Shown here one piece after another: positions 52,000 through 64,000 of a DNA stretch of 64,000 bases (its first letter is position 1; every line of letters begins with the position of its first letter). The DNA comes from Azolla caroliniana (Eukaryota; Plantae; Polypodiophyta). The stretch covers positions 4,712,001 through 4,776,000 of the forward strand of contig JBHGNT010000007.1 in the NCBI GenBank assembly GCA_043228905.1, read 5' to 3'. Made by a program: the position numbers and the translations under genes. The notes under the pieces are model-generated. The model was given only the letters and a program-made list of their open reading frames with translations, made no database searches and was not told the DNA's origin.

Positions 52000-53300
52000 A
52001 TCATCATTAAATCGGAAATAGCATGGTCCTTCCACACCCTTATTTGATGAAGTGGAATCCTTTTCATTGTTCGATTCATTACTTAGTTCTTGATCATCAA
52101 GCACTTGATTGGCTTGTTCTTATGATGCCTTACTTTGTGCATAAACGAAATGTTATTCTAGATGGGCGAGGGAAGTTTTGACTATACAAAGCAAGACTTA
52201 GGGTCTTGATTGGGAAGTGGGAATCTTCATGATGATGCTTGATAAGAAGCTTATATATTGTTTGTTTAGTACGAGCCATCACTTGGAGAAAGAGAGAGAT
52301 CCCAATCAAGGTGAACAACACCAATTTCAAAATCTCAAATACAATTCATTTGTTCTCTCTCAATATCTTGTCTCATGTCTTACATTCTTTGTCTCCTTTT
52401 TGCTCTGCTCTAACTATCAGTGACAACACCCAACCAAATGAGTGGAATTTTCTCTTATTAATTTTTTGCACTGAGCCGGTTTTGGCAACATTTATGATTG
52501 AGCATATTCTTGACTTTTTTGACAATTTTTTTTGGCACGAGTTTTGGGCCATTTAATCCTTCTTCTTTTGCAACCTTGTTTACGAATTTCTTCTAATTTA
52601 TCACTGCAAAGAATAGAGAGAGTGGCCACCCTGCTTGATTCTCATGTTGTTTACCTTTCTTCAATATTGATACAATGTTACAACTTTTTCATTTTTTTAC
52701 TATTTGTGAGCTTGAACATTTTGAGGTGAACCTTGCATTCTTCATACAACCAAGCATTGCAGGGGAAACTAAGCATTTCATGTCCACCTTGACGTGCATT
52801 CAAAGATTGATCCTTCAATGTCTCCTAATTGTTTTTTACATCGTTACAAAAGCAAAGGTTCATGAGAGGAGTTTTTTTATAGCAAGTTCACATAATGTAC
52901 CTCTTTTCTTTTTGTTCTTTATTGCATCAATAAATGTGTGAGTTTTTTGGTTGTAATGTGCAAGTATAAGGGCTTGTTGTTTGAGTCTAGTGATATTGGG
53001 CCCATTTTGAATTTATTCACCATGGATGCATCAAGTTCTTTCATCAATACACAATTAACTAGGTTCCTCCTGAAGCTAGAAGACATGTGAAAGCATTCGT
53101 TAATGGAAATAGATTGATACTACTGAGAATCTTTAGGTTTTTGTAATTAAGCATGTGTATGAGAAGCCTACCATAATCTATCACAATACAATATTTTGAG
53201 CCACATGTTTGAATATGACACAATTACATTATAATCAATTCACATTTTGATAAGTTCCACCTTTAGCATTAAAATCTCCCACAACCAACAATTTTCCAAT
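52000..53300 (-). mobile_element. Decayed RTE-like LINE RT
   Basis: Minus strand gives IKQG..(frameshift)..DKLEEI..KVAKEEGLNGPKL, similar in style to the 28-29 kb remnant. Confidence 0.5.
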
Positions 53301-53379
53301 CTTCTAATATGTAAGAATGTTAGCACACACATTAGAAAAATTATCATAATGATTTAACTCATACAAGTTATAGTAGTTG

Positions 53380-55379
53380 GACTCTAGGAGGACAGGCCAC
53401 CGGCGACGGAGCAAGAGCAGGAGTAGGAGCTGAATCGCGCCCACCTTAAGACAACACGGGGGAACGGAGAAGATGAGCGGAGCAGGAGCCGCAGAGCAGA
53501 GGCCACCGGGGAACAGAGAAAGAGAAAGAGCAAGAGTAGGAGCTGAATCACGCCCACCTGACAACGCAGAGAGGAGGGCTACAAACGTGGGGCACACAGA
53601 TCCCCTCTCTGCAGGTCCTGCCCTCTCTGTTCACGACCTACAGGGCGGTGGTCGTCACAACCCCCTCGCCGCCGCCGTCGCCGTGCAGAGTTGTTAGGGT
53701 TATACCCCAACAAAGTTCGAGAAGTGGGTTCGAAGAGTGGGCCCCCCTCTCCAAACCCAAAGTTTTGCATGCAAAAAAATTGGTCATTTAAAAAAGAACT
53801 ACCCCGTGAGAGCTACTAAAAAACCCGCCAAGGAGACCCGAGAAGGTCATGGCACCATAGGCCATGAGAAGCCCCCCTCACCACGACCCGATAAGGCTGT
53901 GATGGAATGACGAGTGGCGGGGAAAAACCATGCCCTCAACTCCATAGGCACAAAATCCTCCATCGCCTTTGAGCTCCAATCGATTTGATCTACTGCAAGA
54001 GCTCCCTCCCACGGATGAACACTCCCCTAGTTCTTTCTTAAGCCCTAAGGAACGACCTACGGTGACACCAAGCACACAGGAGAAAATTCTCGTTAAACCT
54101 TACAAAACAGGAAAGAGACGAAGGATAAGTCATGTTAAGACCTTAATGCGGATCTTGCGCGGAACTACACCCAATGGAGAAGCAACAAAGCAAGGCTGAA
54201 GTTTGAATATCACGCCTCAAATCATAGTCTTCGCAGACACAAATGAGTGTGATACCTCTAGTTAGAACCTTGAACGACACCCACAAAACACCTTGAAATG
54301 GCTAGGTATCGGGCATAAGATGTTGGGAACCATGTCCCTCCGGATGGGAAAAGAAGGATCATTTTGGTGAGTATCTCGGCCAAGGTCGAGGCCAAAACCG
54401 AAACCATAATCGAAAACCGAAATCATTTCGGAAGACTATAATTATAAATAGTCTAAAATGCCCTTGTGGATTATACTTTTAAATAGTCAAAAAGTTGCTT
54501 TTGTTTATAAGCAACTAGGGCAAACTTTAGTAAGTATGTAGTTGATCATTATTGAAAAGTTAGAACAAGGTAGTTGCCTTGTCGTTGCCTCCGAGGTACG
54601 TATTTTTGTACTTCCTCTCTACTATAGTGATATGTTTTCTTGGGGTTTGTGGACCCCCGTGGATTTTTCCCATTTCGGGGTTTCCACGTAAAATATCAGT
54701 GTCTTTGTGTCTGCACGTTTTTTTGTCTATGTACTACTTCTTGTTCTTTGCACACGAATACGAATGTGTAATTGGTTTTAGCCGGTCGATTTCAACATAA
54801 GATAGTGGAAAAAATAAGGGTACATGTATCGGCAATACACAATAATGGAGTATCAACGACCTCAATCTCCTTTCCACTCTTGCTACCGGCACAAGAAGAT
54901 TGGTCCAAATCCAAGATGAACGATATGCTATGTAGCCAAGCAACATGTTTTGTAACAAAAATAAGAGACGAAGACCTCATGAACGAACTAAAGAAGCATT
55001 GGAATAACACTGAATTTTGGTGAACCATGGATGAAGAGGAACCTAATCTCTGCCACATCCACATGCGGACTATTATAGACACCCATCTAAATCTAACCTT
55101 TTTCTATTTCTATGAGAAGTAGGAAGGGGCGATTGAAGCTCACCAGATAGCCCACAAACTCCACTCATGGATTTGGACCATCATCCCATCAGTGAAAATG
55201 ACTGGATGTCTAAATGGTGAGTGCTCTCCACTCACAATCTTTTGTACAAAGCATTAGGAACAACCGACAATCTCCCACCCTATTCGATGAGTATGAAAAT
55301 TGTAACATGGAACATCCAAGGGCTCAGGAGCCGACTAGACCAACAAAACAGATGGAAATTGAGAAGGGATCTTGAGGAA
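53380..55379 (+). mobile_element. L1-like LINE 5' part (ORF1 remnant and start of the ORF2 endonuclease), interrupted by LTR elements
   Basis: GC-rich ORF1-like region containing SSNRFDLLQE. MKIVTWNIQGL near 55293 is the typical APE endonuclease start. Confidence 0.7.
54321..54797 (+). mobile_element. Solo LTR (copia-like), 477 bp
   Basis: TGTTG...CAACA termini with a perfect 5-bp TSD TAAGA (54316-54320 and 54798-54802). Confidence 0.9.
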
Positions 55380-58300
55380 TGTATATTAGGGGTGCTTCTT
55401 GTCGAATATGAGTGTATAATGGCCGTATTTACACTATCCCTTTGGACAGCCCAAGTTCGGGCTATTTCTGTAAATAGCATAAAGGGCAGTTGCCCTAGGA
55501 CAATCACTATATAAAGTGATTTTGTAACCTTTAGAAAAGGTTGTTGTTGTCGTTGGTTATTATTTTTGTAACTGTTGCTATTGGAATATAACATTTCCTT
55601 TGTGCCTCTCTCTCTCTCTCTCACTCACTCTCTCTCTCCCTCTGTGTCTGTCTTGCTCATGCATACACAGGTTCTTCTTCATCATGAATGTTGCTTGCAC
55701 TTCCGCATTGACGGCCTTGTCCCCAACATTTGGTGTTAGAGCGTTGGAGGTTCTTCAACCCACTGCCGACTGTCATCGCACAACACAACATTCTATTTTC
55801 GTTTTCTTTGAAGAACAGAGAAGGGAGAAGAAAAAGACAAAGAGCTCACATCTCACTGTGTTAAATCAAAAATTAGAGTAAGCTAGTCGGTTGTACTCTG
55901 TTCCTGTGATTGTAATTGCTTGAGGGGAGCTCCTTGAGCAACAACCGACCCAATCGTGCTTCATTTGGTTAAACAACATCCGAATAGGTCATCGGATGCT
56001 ATTCACCCACTGCAGATTGGTCTCTCGGCAACAACCACTTTGTGCTTCACTCGACTGATCGACATTCGGGAGGATCAGTTGGATCTGTCCCTCTCATTGC
56101 TGTAGTCATCCGAAGCAAAATCGGCCCAAACAATCAGTTTTGCGTAATCGGTATTCGGCATACAATCAGAAGCTAACCGGGCTCACTCCGACTCGGCAAC
56201 ATTCGGGAAGACAAGCCAGTTCTATACCTCAAGTTACCGGAGTCACTCCGAGCAAGTTCAGCAACAAGTATCCGAAACCAAACCGACTCGGGTTCAAAAC
56301 CGACTAGAACGATATCGGGTGAGCCGACCGACTGCACCCCACTAAGGTTCGTAGTCAACTCCGAACCGAGTCTTACCAACCGAAACCGAAGCAGATGGCA
56401 TCAACATTCGGCTCATCAGAGATGAGTCTAAGGAGGTTCGACGGTTCGAACTTTAACTTTTGAAAGGAACAAATGCAGGACTATCTGATAGTCAAGGGTC
56501 AGATAGACCTGATTGAGAATGAAAATCCTCCAGAAGCATACAAGGCAAACGAGTGGCTAAAGCTGGATAGAATCGTCCGCGCCACGATTCGGATGCACTT
56601 GTCGGAGTCAGTGTACTTCACAGTGCAATCATGCACGACAACGTTTGAACTTTGGAAAACACTATCGGAAACTTATGAAAAGAAGGTTGCCGCAACGAAG
56701 AGGTATCTGATCCGGCGCCTCTACAACTTGCGGATGAAAGAATCCGATTCGGTTCAGGCACACCTCAATGAGTACGAAAGCATAAGCTCCCAAATCTCGT
56801 CTCAGGGGATGACAATTGAGGATGAACTCAGAGCAATGATACTCATGAGTAGCCTCCCCTCTTCATGGGAAACTTTCGTTACAACCGTGTGCAATGCTTC
56901 AACAGCTGCCGTTAAGTACTCCGAAGTCACGAGCGCAATCCTGACTGAAGCAGCTTGGAGAAAGTCTTTTGCCAAAGACTCGGCAGATGAAGCTTACGTA
57001 GTACAAGGTTCGACCGACCGATCGAACAACCGGGGAAGAAGTTCTTCCCGACTGCTGAACAATCAGCGAAGCCGGAGCAAGTCTCGGGACAATCGAATAT
57101 GCAACTACTGCAAGAAACTGGGACACATCAAAGCCGACTGCAGGGCACTCAAAGCAAAAACCGACAAAGCTCAAAGAGCGGATCAGAAGAGTAGCCGACA
57201 TGAGGAGGTCAACTATGTCGGCTCGGCAACCGAAATTTTGACGACCGACCCGAACATACTGTCCATAGAGAACCCAGTCAAATCAGAAGTTCTGCTTACA
57301 ACTGAGGAATTGAGCACATGGCTCCTGGACTCGGGCACATCGTATCATGTGACACCTCACCGATCTCAGTTTCGGCAATACTCGGACCGACACTCCCACT
57401 TAGTTCGAGTCGGAAACTCGCAACACTGTGCTATAATCGGAATCAGCACCGTTGAGCTCAATCTTCCGGGAGGATCTACACTCGTACTACACAACGTCCG
57501 ACACGTTCCTAAGCTTTCAAGACCCTTGATCTCAGTCGGACAACTTGACGAAGCCGGCATCCGTGCCGGATTCTCATCAGGAGGGTGGACACTCCACAAA
57601 GGGAACCTCCTGCTTGCTCGAGGACCAAAGGTACATTCCTTGTATCCTTTATATGTCACACTCAAAGAGGGTGACTTACTTTGGTAGATATCCCCGTGTC
57701 ATCGTTATGGCATGGACGACTTGGACACCTTAGCAAGGCCGGCATAACGCACCTATCTAGAGCCAGTTACATCCCCAAACTCTCCTTCTCGGATCACCAA
57801 TTCTGTGAGCATTGCCAGTACGGCAAACAGGTAGCCACATCACACCCGACATTAGCACCAAGAGAATCGAGCCCCCTCGATTTAGTCCACTCGGACGTCT
57901 GTGGCCCGATGCCACATCAGTCTCTCGGTGGTGCTTCGTACTTCGTCAGTTTTATTGACGACTCGACTCGGAAGGTGTGGGCTTATCCCATCAGAACCAA
58001 AGATCGGGTGTTCTTGATCTTCTCCAAATCTCTTGCAATGGTCGAAAATCAGACTGGTCGGAAACTGAAATGTCTCCGAACCGACAATGGAGGAGAATTC
58101 AAGTCTGAAGAATTCGTCAACTTCTGCTGGGAACGCGGCATTTGACATGAATATACGACACCCTATAGTCCGGAGCAGAATGGAATTGCTGAACGCATGA
58201 ATCGGACGATTCAAGAATGCGTAGTATCCATGCTCCAACACTCCGGACTATCGGATGGCTTCTGGGCGGAGGCTCTACTTACGGCAGTACACATAATAAA

Positions 58301-59993
58301 TATGTCGCCAAGTAGACCTCTAGGACTTCAAATACCTTAGGAAATATGTACCGGCAGTAAGCCGAATTATGACAAACTGAGGATCTTCGGTTGCGAGGCG
58401 TATGCTCTCATACCGAAAGACGACCGCCGGAAACTCGAACCAAGGTCACGAAAATGTGTTTTTCTTGGATATGGACCCGACGGTGAGATCGGATACCGAC
58501 TCTGGGACCCCGAGCACAAACAAATCATCCGAAGTTCGGACATCGTGTTCAACGAATCGGCTATGCATAAAACGGCCGAAAGGCCTATTGAAGTCCGAAG
58601 GGTAATATTTTCCGAAGTGCCAACCCTTCATGCTGACCCAACCCATAACATGAGATCGGTTTCACGTGTAACCGACATCGACACCCGATGCGACTAGTCT
58701 AGTCATACCTCGCAGATCTGAGAGATTGTCGCAACCTCCGGAGAGGTACTCTCCTGGAATTTTCTTTACCGACGTCTTACGAAGAAGCATCGACATCTGT
58801 TGATTCCGCCCCATGGCATCTGGCGATGGAGTCGGAAATGCACTCCATTCGAGCAAACAAGACTTGGGACTTGGTCGAATTACCGAAGAATCGACGTGCT
58901 CTCCCATGTAAGTGGGTCTATCGACTAAAAGAGACGTTCAACTCGACCAACCCAAAGTACAAGGCCATATTAGTTGCGAAGGGATTTAGACAAGAATATG
59001 GCGTCAACTTCGATGAAATCTTTTCACCAGTGGTGAATATGACGATCCTTCGTTTCATGCTCGGCGTCGTGGACACCGACAACTTGGAGCTAATTCAGCT
59101 AGATGTCAAAACGACATTCCTCCACGGTGACCTACAAGAGGAAATCTATATGGAGCAGCCGAAAGGCTTTGTGGCATCTGGCCAGGAACATCTAGTCTGC
59201 CGACTCAAGAAGAGTCTCTACGGCCTGAAACAGGCACCCTGACAGTGGTACAAGAAGTTCAACGACTTCATCCAATCGGTCGGCTTCTCAAAGAGTGATG
59301 AGGACCACTGTCTCTTCACCAAAACAACTCAAGACGGGTCTCCCGTCTTCTTCATCATCTACATGGACGACATGCTACTCTCCGGTCGGCATGCCGGAGA
59401 GCTCACCGAACTCGTTCAGAGACTGCGGTTGAAGTTTGCCATGAAGGACCTCGGTCCAGCAAGACACATACTCGGTATGAAGATTAGTCGGCATCGCGAT
59501 ACACGACAACTTTTCTTGTCTCAAATCGACTACATCGGACGTGTCGTGGAACGCTTCAACATGCACTCGGCCAAGTCTGCTTCAACCCCGCTCCCCATCA
59601 ACCTTTGGCTATCTCAGTGAGACTGCCCGACATCCGGTCCAGAGGGGGAAGATATGATGTCGGTACCGTATGCACCGGCAGTCGGCTCCCTCATGTACGC
59701 GATGGTCGCGACATGACCTGATATTTCTCACGCCGTAGGAGTCGTCAATAGATTCATGCACAACCCCGGCCGATCGCACTGGAACGCAGTCAAGCATGTG
59801 TTCAGATATCTAGCTGGCACAAAAGACCATGACATTCTTTTCGGCCCAAACTCAACCTCAGGCGTAGTCGGTTACACCGACTCGGACTTCGCCAGCTGTG
59901 TGGACAGTCAGAAATCAACAACCGTATATTGTTTCAAATTCGGCAATGGAGCAATCTCGTGGAAGTCAAAACTTCAAGAGTGCACAACCACCT
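55380..59993 (+). mobile_element. Tnt1/Tork-like Ty1/copia (5' LTR 55380-55728, PBS 55731-55742, decayed gag-pol from about 56395), interrupted in RNase H
   Basis: RFDGSNFNF*KEQMQDYL; CNYCKKLGHIKADC; WLLDSGTS; LVHSDVCGP; LRTDNGGEF; QLDVKTTFLHG; YMDDML; GYTDSDFA. Confidence 0.93.
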
Positions 59994-62900
59994 TGTTGAG
60001 AGACAAGCTCAACATCGGCCGGATCGGCTGAAGAAGCCGAGGACCGGATTGGTTGGGACCGATTGGTTAGGCCGAGTGTGTAAACCGGGAGGCCGTTAGG
60101 AAAGATATTCTGTGAGGAATATATTTGGGAGTTAGTGTAGGAGCTCTTAATGAGCATTGAAGTACGGTCAGTACTTCGGTCAGTCCTTCGAGGACTTGTA
60201 TAAAAGTGTTCATGGAACACACATGTGTATAGAGTAGTGAATCAAGATCTTTTGTTGTTGAATATAGTTCCTCTTTCTCTCTCTGTCTCTCCCGTGTATA
60301 CAGCGTAAGCTCAAGCTCTCCATTAAACCTGAGTTTTCTATCTTCTGTTCGGTCTTCATACTTGCTTCCGCACGCTACTTTCTACATGGTATCAGAGCGC
60401 GAGGGTTGAGAACCTCTCTGCAGCCGACACAGTGACGAAGAAGAACAAGAAGAACAGTGGATAGAGGCATGGCGAGCTCGCTTCCAACAGAGAAGCTCGA
60501 CAGAACGAACTACGCGTCTTGGTCCTACAAGATGCACCAGTACCTGCTCGGGCACGGCTACTGGAGTTATGTCGAAGGAGCTAATGACGCGGCACCCGAA
60601 TCGACACACAAAGACTTCCCGTTGTGGGAGCAATCGGCGAGCAGGGTATTATACTGCTTCGCGTCGTGTGTGGGCGAATAGCTATTGAGCTATGTTTGGG
60701 ATGCAAAGACGCCGAAGGGTGCGTGGGAAAATCTGAAGAAGATTTTCGCCGTGAGCACCACAGCCAGGAAGCTCCAGCTAGGAGTTGAGCAACCTACGAT
60801 AACGCGACTTGTCGGTGGCGGACTATACCTCGAAGATCAAGGATATCTGCGACTCCCTCGCCTCCATAGAGGTGAACATCGAGGAGAGCGAGATGGTCCA
60901 GATCTGTCTCGGAGGTTTAGCGTCAAAGTTTGGAGCGTTCCGAACGGCTGTGTGTACCCGGGAGAATACGCCGTCCTTTTTTGACTTACAGTCGATGCTC
61001 CTGGTAGAGGAGAACCACGCGGGTGCGTCGACGAGCACGCACACCGACAACAAGATGTTGTACACGGAGGGAGAAAGGGCCCGTGGTCGTGGCGGATGAG
61101 GCGAGTCGGTACGCAATGGAAGCGGCCAACGAGATCAAGGAAGAAGGCACCGAAGTGATGCCGACAGCAACTCCGGACCCTCCAGAAATAGGGGGAGTCG
61201 AAGCGATGAGAACCGGCAAGGGAAGGCCATCGCAGAGTGCTGGTACTGTGGCAAGAAAGGCCACAGGGAAAGTGAGTGCTGCAAGAAGCGCGCCGATTCG
61301 GAGAGAACCGGTTCCGGAAACGGCTCCGGACATACCGACAAGGGAAATCGGCAGTGATCCCACTACGCCGAAGACTCCGGGAGAGCCGGAGAAGGATCTG
61401 CCTTCGTGACGAGACACGAAGCAAACTCAATGAAACAGAGCACCCCGAGATCGGACAAGTTGTGGTACGTAGACTCCGGTGCGTCAAACCACATGACGAG
61501 CCATAAGGAGTGGTTCTCGTACCTTGAAAAACCGATACAACCTGGAGTAGTAGCAACTGGAGACGACACTCCGCATCCGATCGCGAATGTCGGAGAAGTT
61601 CCCCTTAGCCATGTCGGGCAGAAAGGGAAACTCATGAACGTGTTGCACGTCCCGACAATCACGAAGAACTTGGTCTCGGTCGGACAAATCGTCGACCAAG
61701 GGATGGAGGTTCGGTTTACACACCTCGGGTGCTTCATTGAGGAAGAAGGCCGTGTGATTGCGCAAGGGCGCAGAGACGGGAGGATGTTCATCCTCGACTC
61801 CACTGACGGCGGCACCGCAATGTTCGTGAAGGGAAGAAAAACCGAGTCGGACATCGACTTGTGGCACAAGCGGATAGGCCACGTCAACTACCAGCGGCTT
61901 CAAGATCTGCAATCGAAACAGGTAGTGTTCGGATTGCCCAAATTTAGTGGCCGAAAGGCACAAATTTGTGAAGCCTGCCAGCTCGGGAAGCAACACCGAC
62001 TTCCATTCCCCAACGAGCGAAACCGGAGCCGGAACAAGCTCGACCTTATACACTCCGATGTGCGGGGGCCGGCACAAAATGTTAGTCTTGGCGGGAGCCA
62101 ATATTTCGTCTCCTTCATCGACGACCACACGTGGCACACGTGGATCTACCTCATTGAGAGGAAGAGCGAAGTCTTCGACTGTTTCCGTGACCTCAAAGGG
62201 TTCGTGGAAACAGAAACAGGACGAAAGATCAAGTGCCTGCGGTCGGATGGCGGAAAAGAGTATTTTTCCGGTCAATTCAACGGTTATCTACAACAAATGG
62301 GAATTCGGCGCGAATTCAGTTGTAGATACACGCCGAAGCAGAACGGCGTGACTGAGAGGAAGAATCGGTCAGTTGTGGAAGCGGCACGGGCAATGCTGGA
62401 GGAGAAGAGCTTGCCCAAGTTCTACTGGGCCGAAGCGGTAAGGACCGCGGTATATATCCAGAACCGGATCGGAGACAAAGTGTCGGCGCACGAGCTATAT
62501 TTCGGAACGAAGCCGAACTTGCGACACTTGAGGGTGTTTGGTAGCATTGCGTATGTGCATATACCGAAGGAGAAAAGGAGGAAGCTGGACGCAAAGGCCG
62601 AGAAATGCATCTTGGTCGGTTACTTGGACAAGCAGAAGGGTTATAAGTGCTATAACCCTCGCACCAAACAAGCGCGTGTCAGCCGCGACGTTGTGTTTGA
62701 CGAGTCCGCGTCCTGGTACCTGCCCCCGACTCCGAACCCTGCCCCCAATCCGAGCTCTGACGATGAGGACAGCGAGGCTGAGATGCCTCCGGATGAGCCC
62801 GAAATCGAGACCTGCGAAGAGAGTCCGATTTCACTCCGTTTAAGTGGACCGATTGGACGACTGAGTCGGTACGACCAGTCCGATAAAGAGCCGGCGAGTA

Positions 62901-64000
62901 GTGGAGACTCGGCCGTGCATTCCCCGCGCAGGAAGCCGAGGAGACGGCTTACGCGCAAGGAGAAAGGGAAGAAGAAGGTGTCGGATTCCGGCACGGATAG
63001 GAACGAGTCAAACCAACGTGAGTCCGACTCCGAGGGAACTGGTGACGGGTCTTTAAAGGTGAAAACCGTGTCGACCGAGAAGGCCTCGACATCGGCTAAT
63101 ACGAGATTACGCCGATCTACCCGCCAGAAGAATCCTGTTTTGCGGTTCGAATACAACGAGTACATGGCGCATCATTATGCGTACATGACCCGTGTAGCGG
63201 AAGTGCGTGAGCCGGAGAGCTACGCAGAAGCGGCTAAAGACGCGACTTGGCGGGCCGCGATGGAGGAAGAGATGCACGCATTGGCGGAGAACGAGACCTG
63301 GGACCTGGTTGATGCACCAACAGGGGTAAAACCGATTGGGTGTAGGTGGGTGTACAAGGTCAAGTACAACACCAACGGCTCCGTCAACCGGTACAAGGCT
63401 CGACTAGTGGCAAAGGGCTACGCGCAGAAACACGGCATCGACTACGATGAGACGTTTGCGCCGGTCGCGAAAATGACGACCGTCCGTGTTTTGCTCGCAG
63501 TAGCTGCGGCGAAGGGGTGGCACCTACATCAGATGGATGTCAAGAATGCGTTCCTGCAAGGTGACCTTGAGTAACAAGTGTACATGGTACAACCCCCCGG
63601 CTTTCACTCCGGAACGAACTCCTCGGCAGTATGCCGACTGAAGAAGTCCCTTTACGGACTGAAGCAAGCCCCACGTGCCTGGAACGCGAAGATCACGCAA
63701 CAATTGCGTCGGATGGGCTTCGTCACGTCAAAATCGGACTCTTCCCTGTTCATCCGGAAAGGTCGACTCGGACCGGTTAGTATTCTACTATATGTCGATG
63801 ACTTGGTCATCACCGGCGCCGACTAGGTGAAATCGACTGCGTGAAGCTCCAGCTTGCGGCATCGTTTGACATGAAGGATCTGGGGGACCTTCATTACTTC
63901 CTCGGGATCGAAGTGATCTGTATCCCCGAAGGCATATTGATCAGCCAATGTCATTACGTGCTGGATATGCTCTTCAAACTCGGGATGGCCGACTGTAAGT
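59994..64000 (+). mobile_element. Ty1/copia family A copy nested in the Tork-like element (5' LTR 59994-60386, PBS 60387-60398); runs off the window end
   Basis: TGTTG...CTACA followed by TGGTATCAGAGC. Gag, CWYCGKKGHRESEC knuckle, a 722-aa PR-INT-RT ORF and LYVDD. Several nonsense codons and a gag frameshift. Confidence 0.95.

Noticed and set aside
60837-63165. Long antisense and alternate-frame ORFs (239, 263 and 171 aa) over the copia pol
   Set aside because: These are expected shadows of a GC-rich coding strand and show no recognisable motifs.

Overview
Eukaryotic, intron-containing, transposon-rich land-plant DNA. The gene and TE content suggests a non-flowering plant such as a fern, but that is inference. 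Four host genes are visible: the last exon of a DEG7/Nma111-type protease (+); a two-exon FAM173/bacterial-type class I SAM methyltransferase (-); a seven-exon homolog of Arabidopsis At1g53645, a plant mitoribosome-associated protein (+); and a three-exon member of the At1g12020-like unknown-function family (+). The rest is mostly nested, decayed retroelements: three copies of one Ty1/copia family, a Tnt1/Tork-like copia, Ty3/gypsy remnants, L1-like and RTE-like LINE fragments and solo LTRs. There are also five hAT-type MITEs, microsatellites and many short tandem duplications. The most notable items are the prokaryote-like methyltransferase, a perfect 76-bp inverted repeat, a copia with a duplicated polypurine tract enclosing a 588-bp in-frame segment, and a solo LTR lying exactly between two ~207-bp direct repeats. 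All family calls come from motif recognition by eye; no database search was run.
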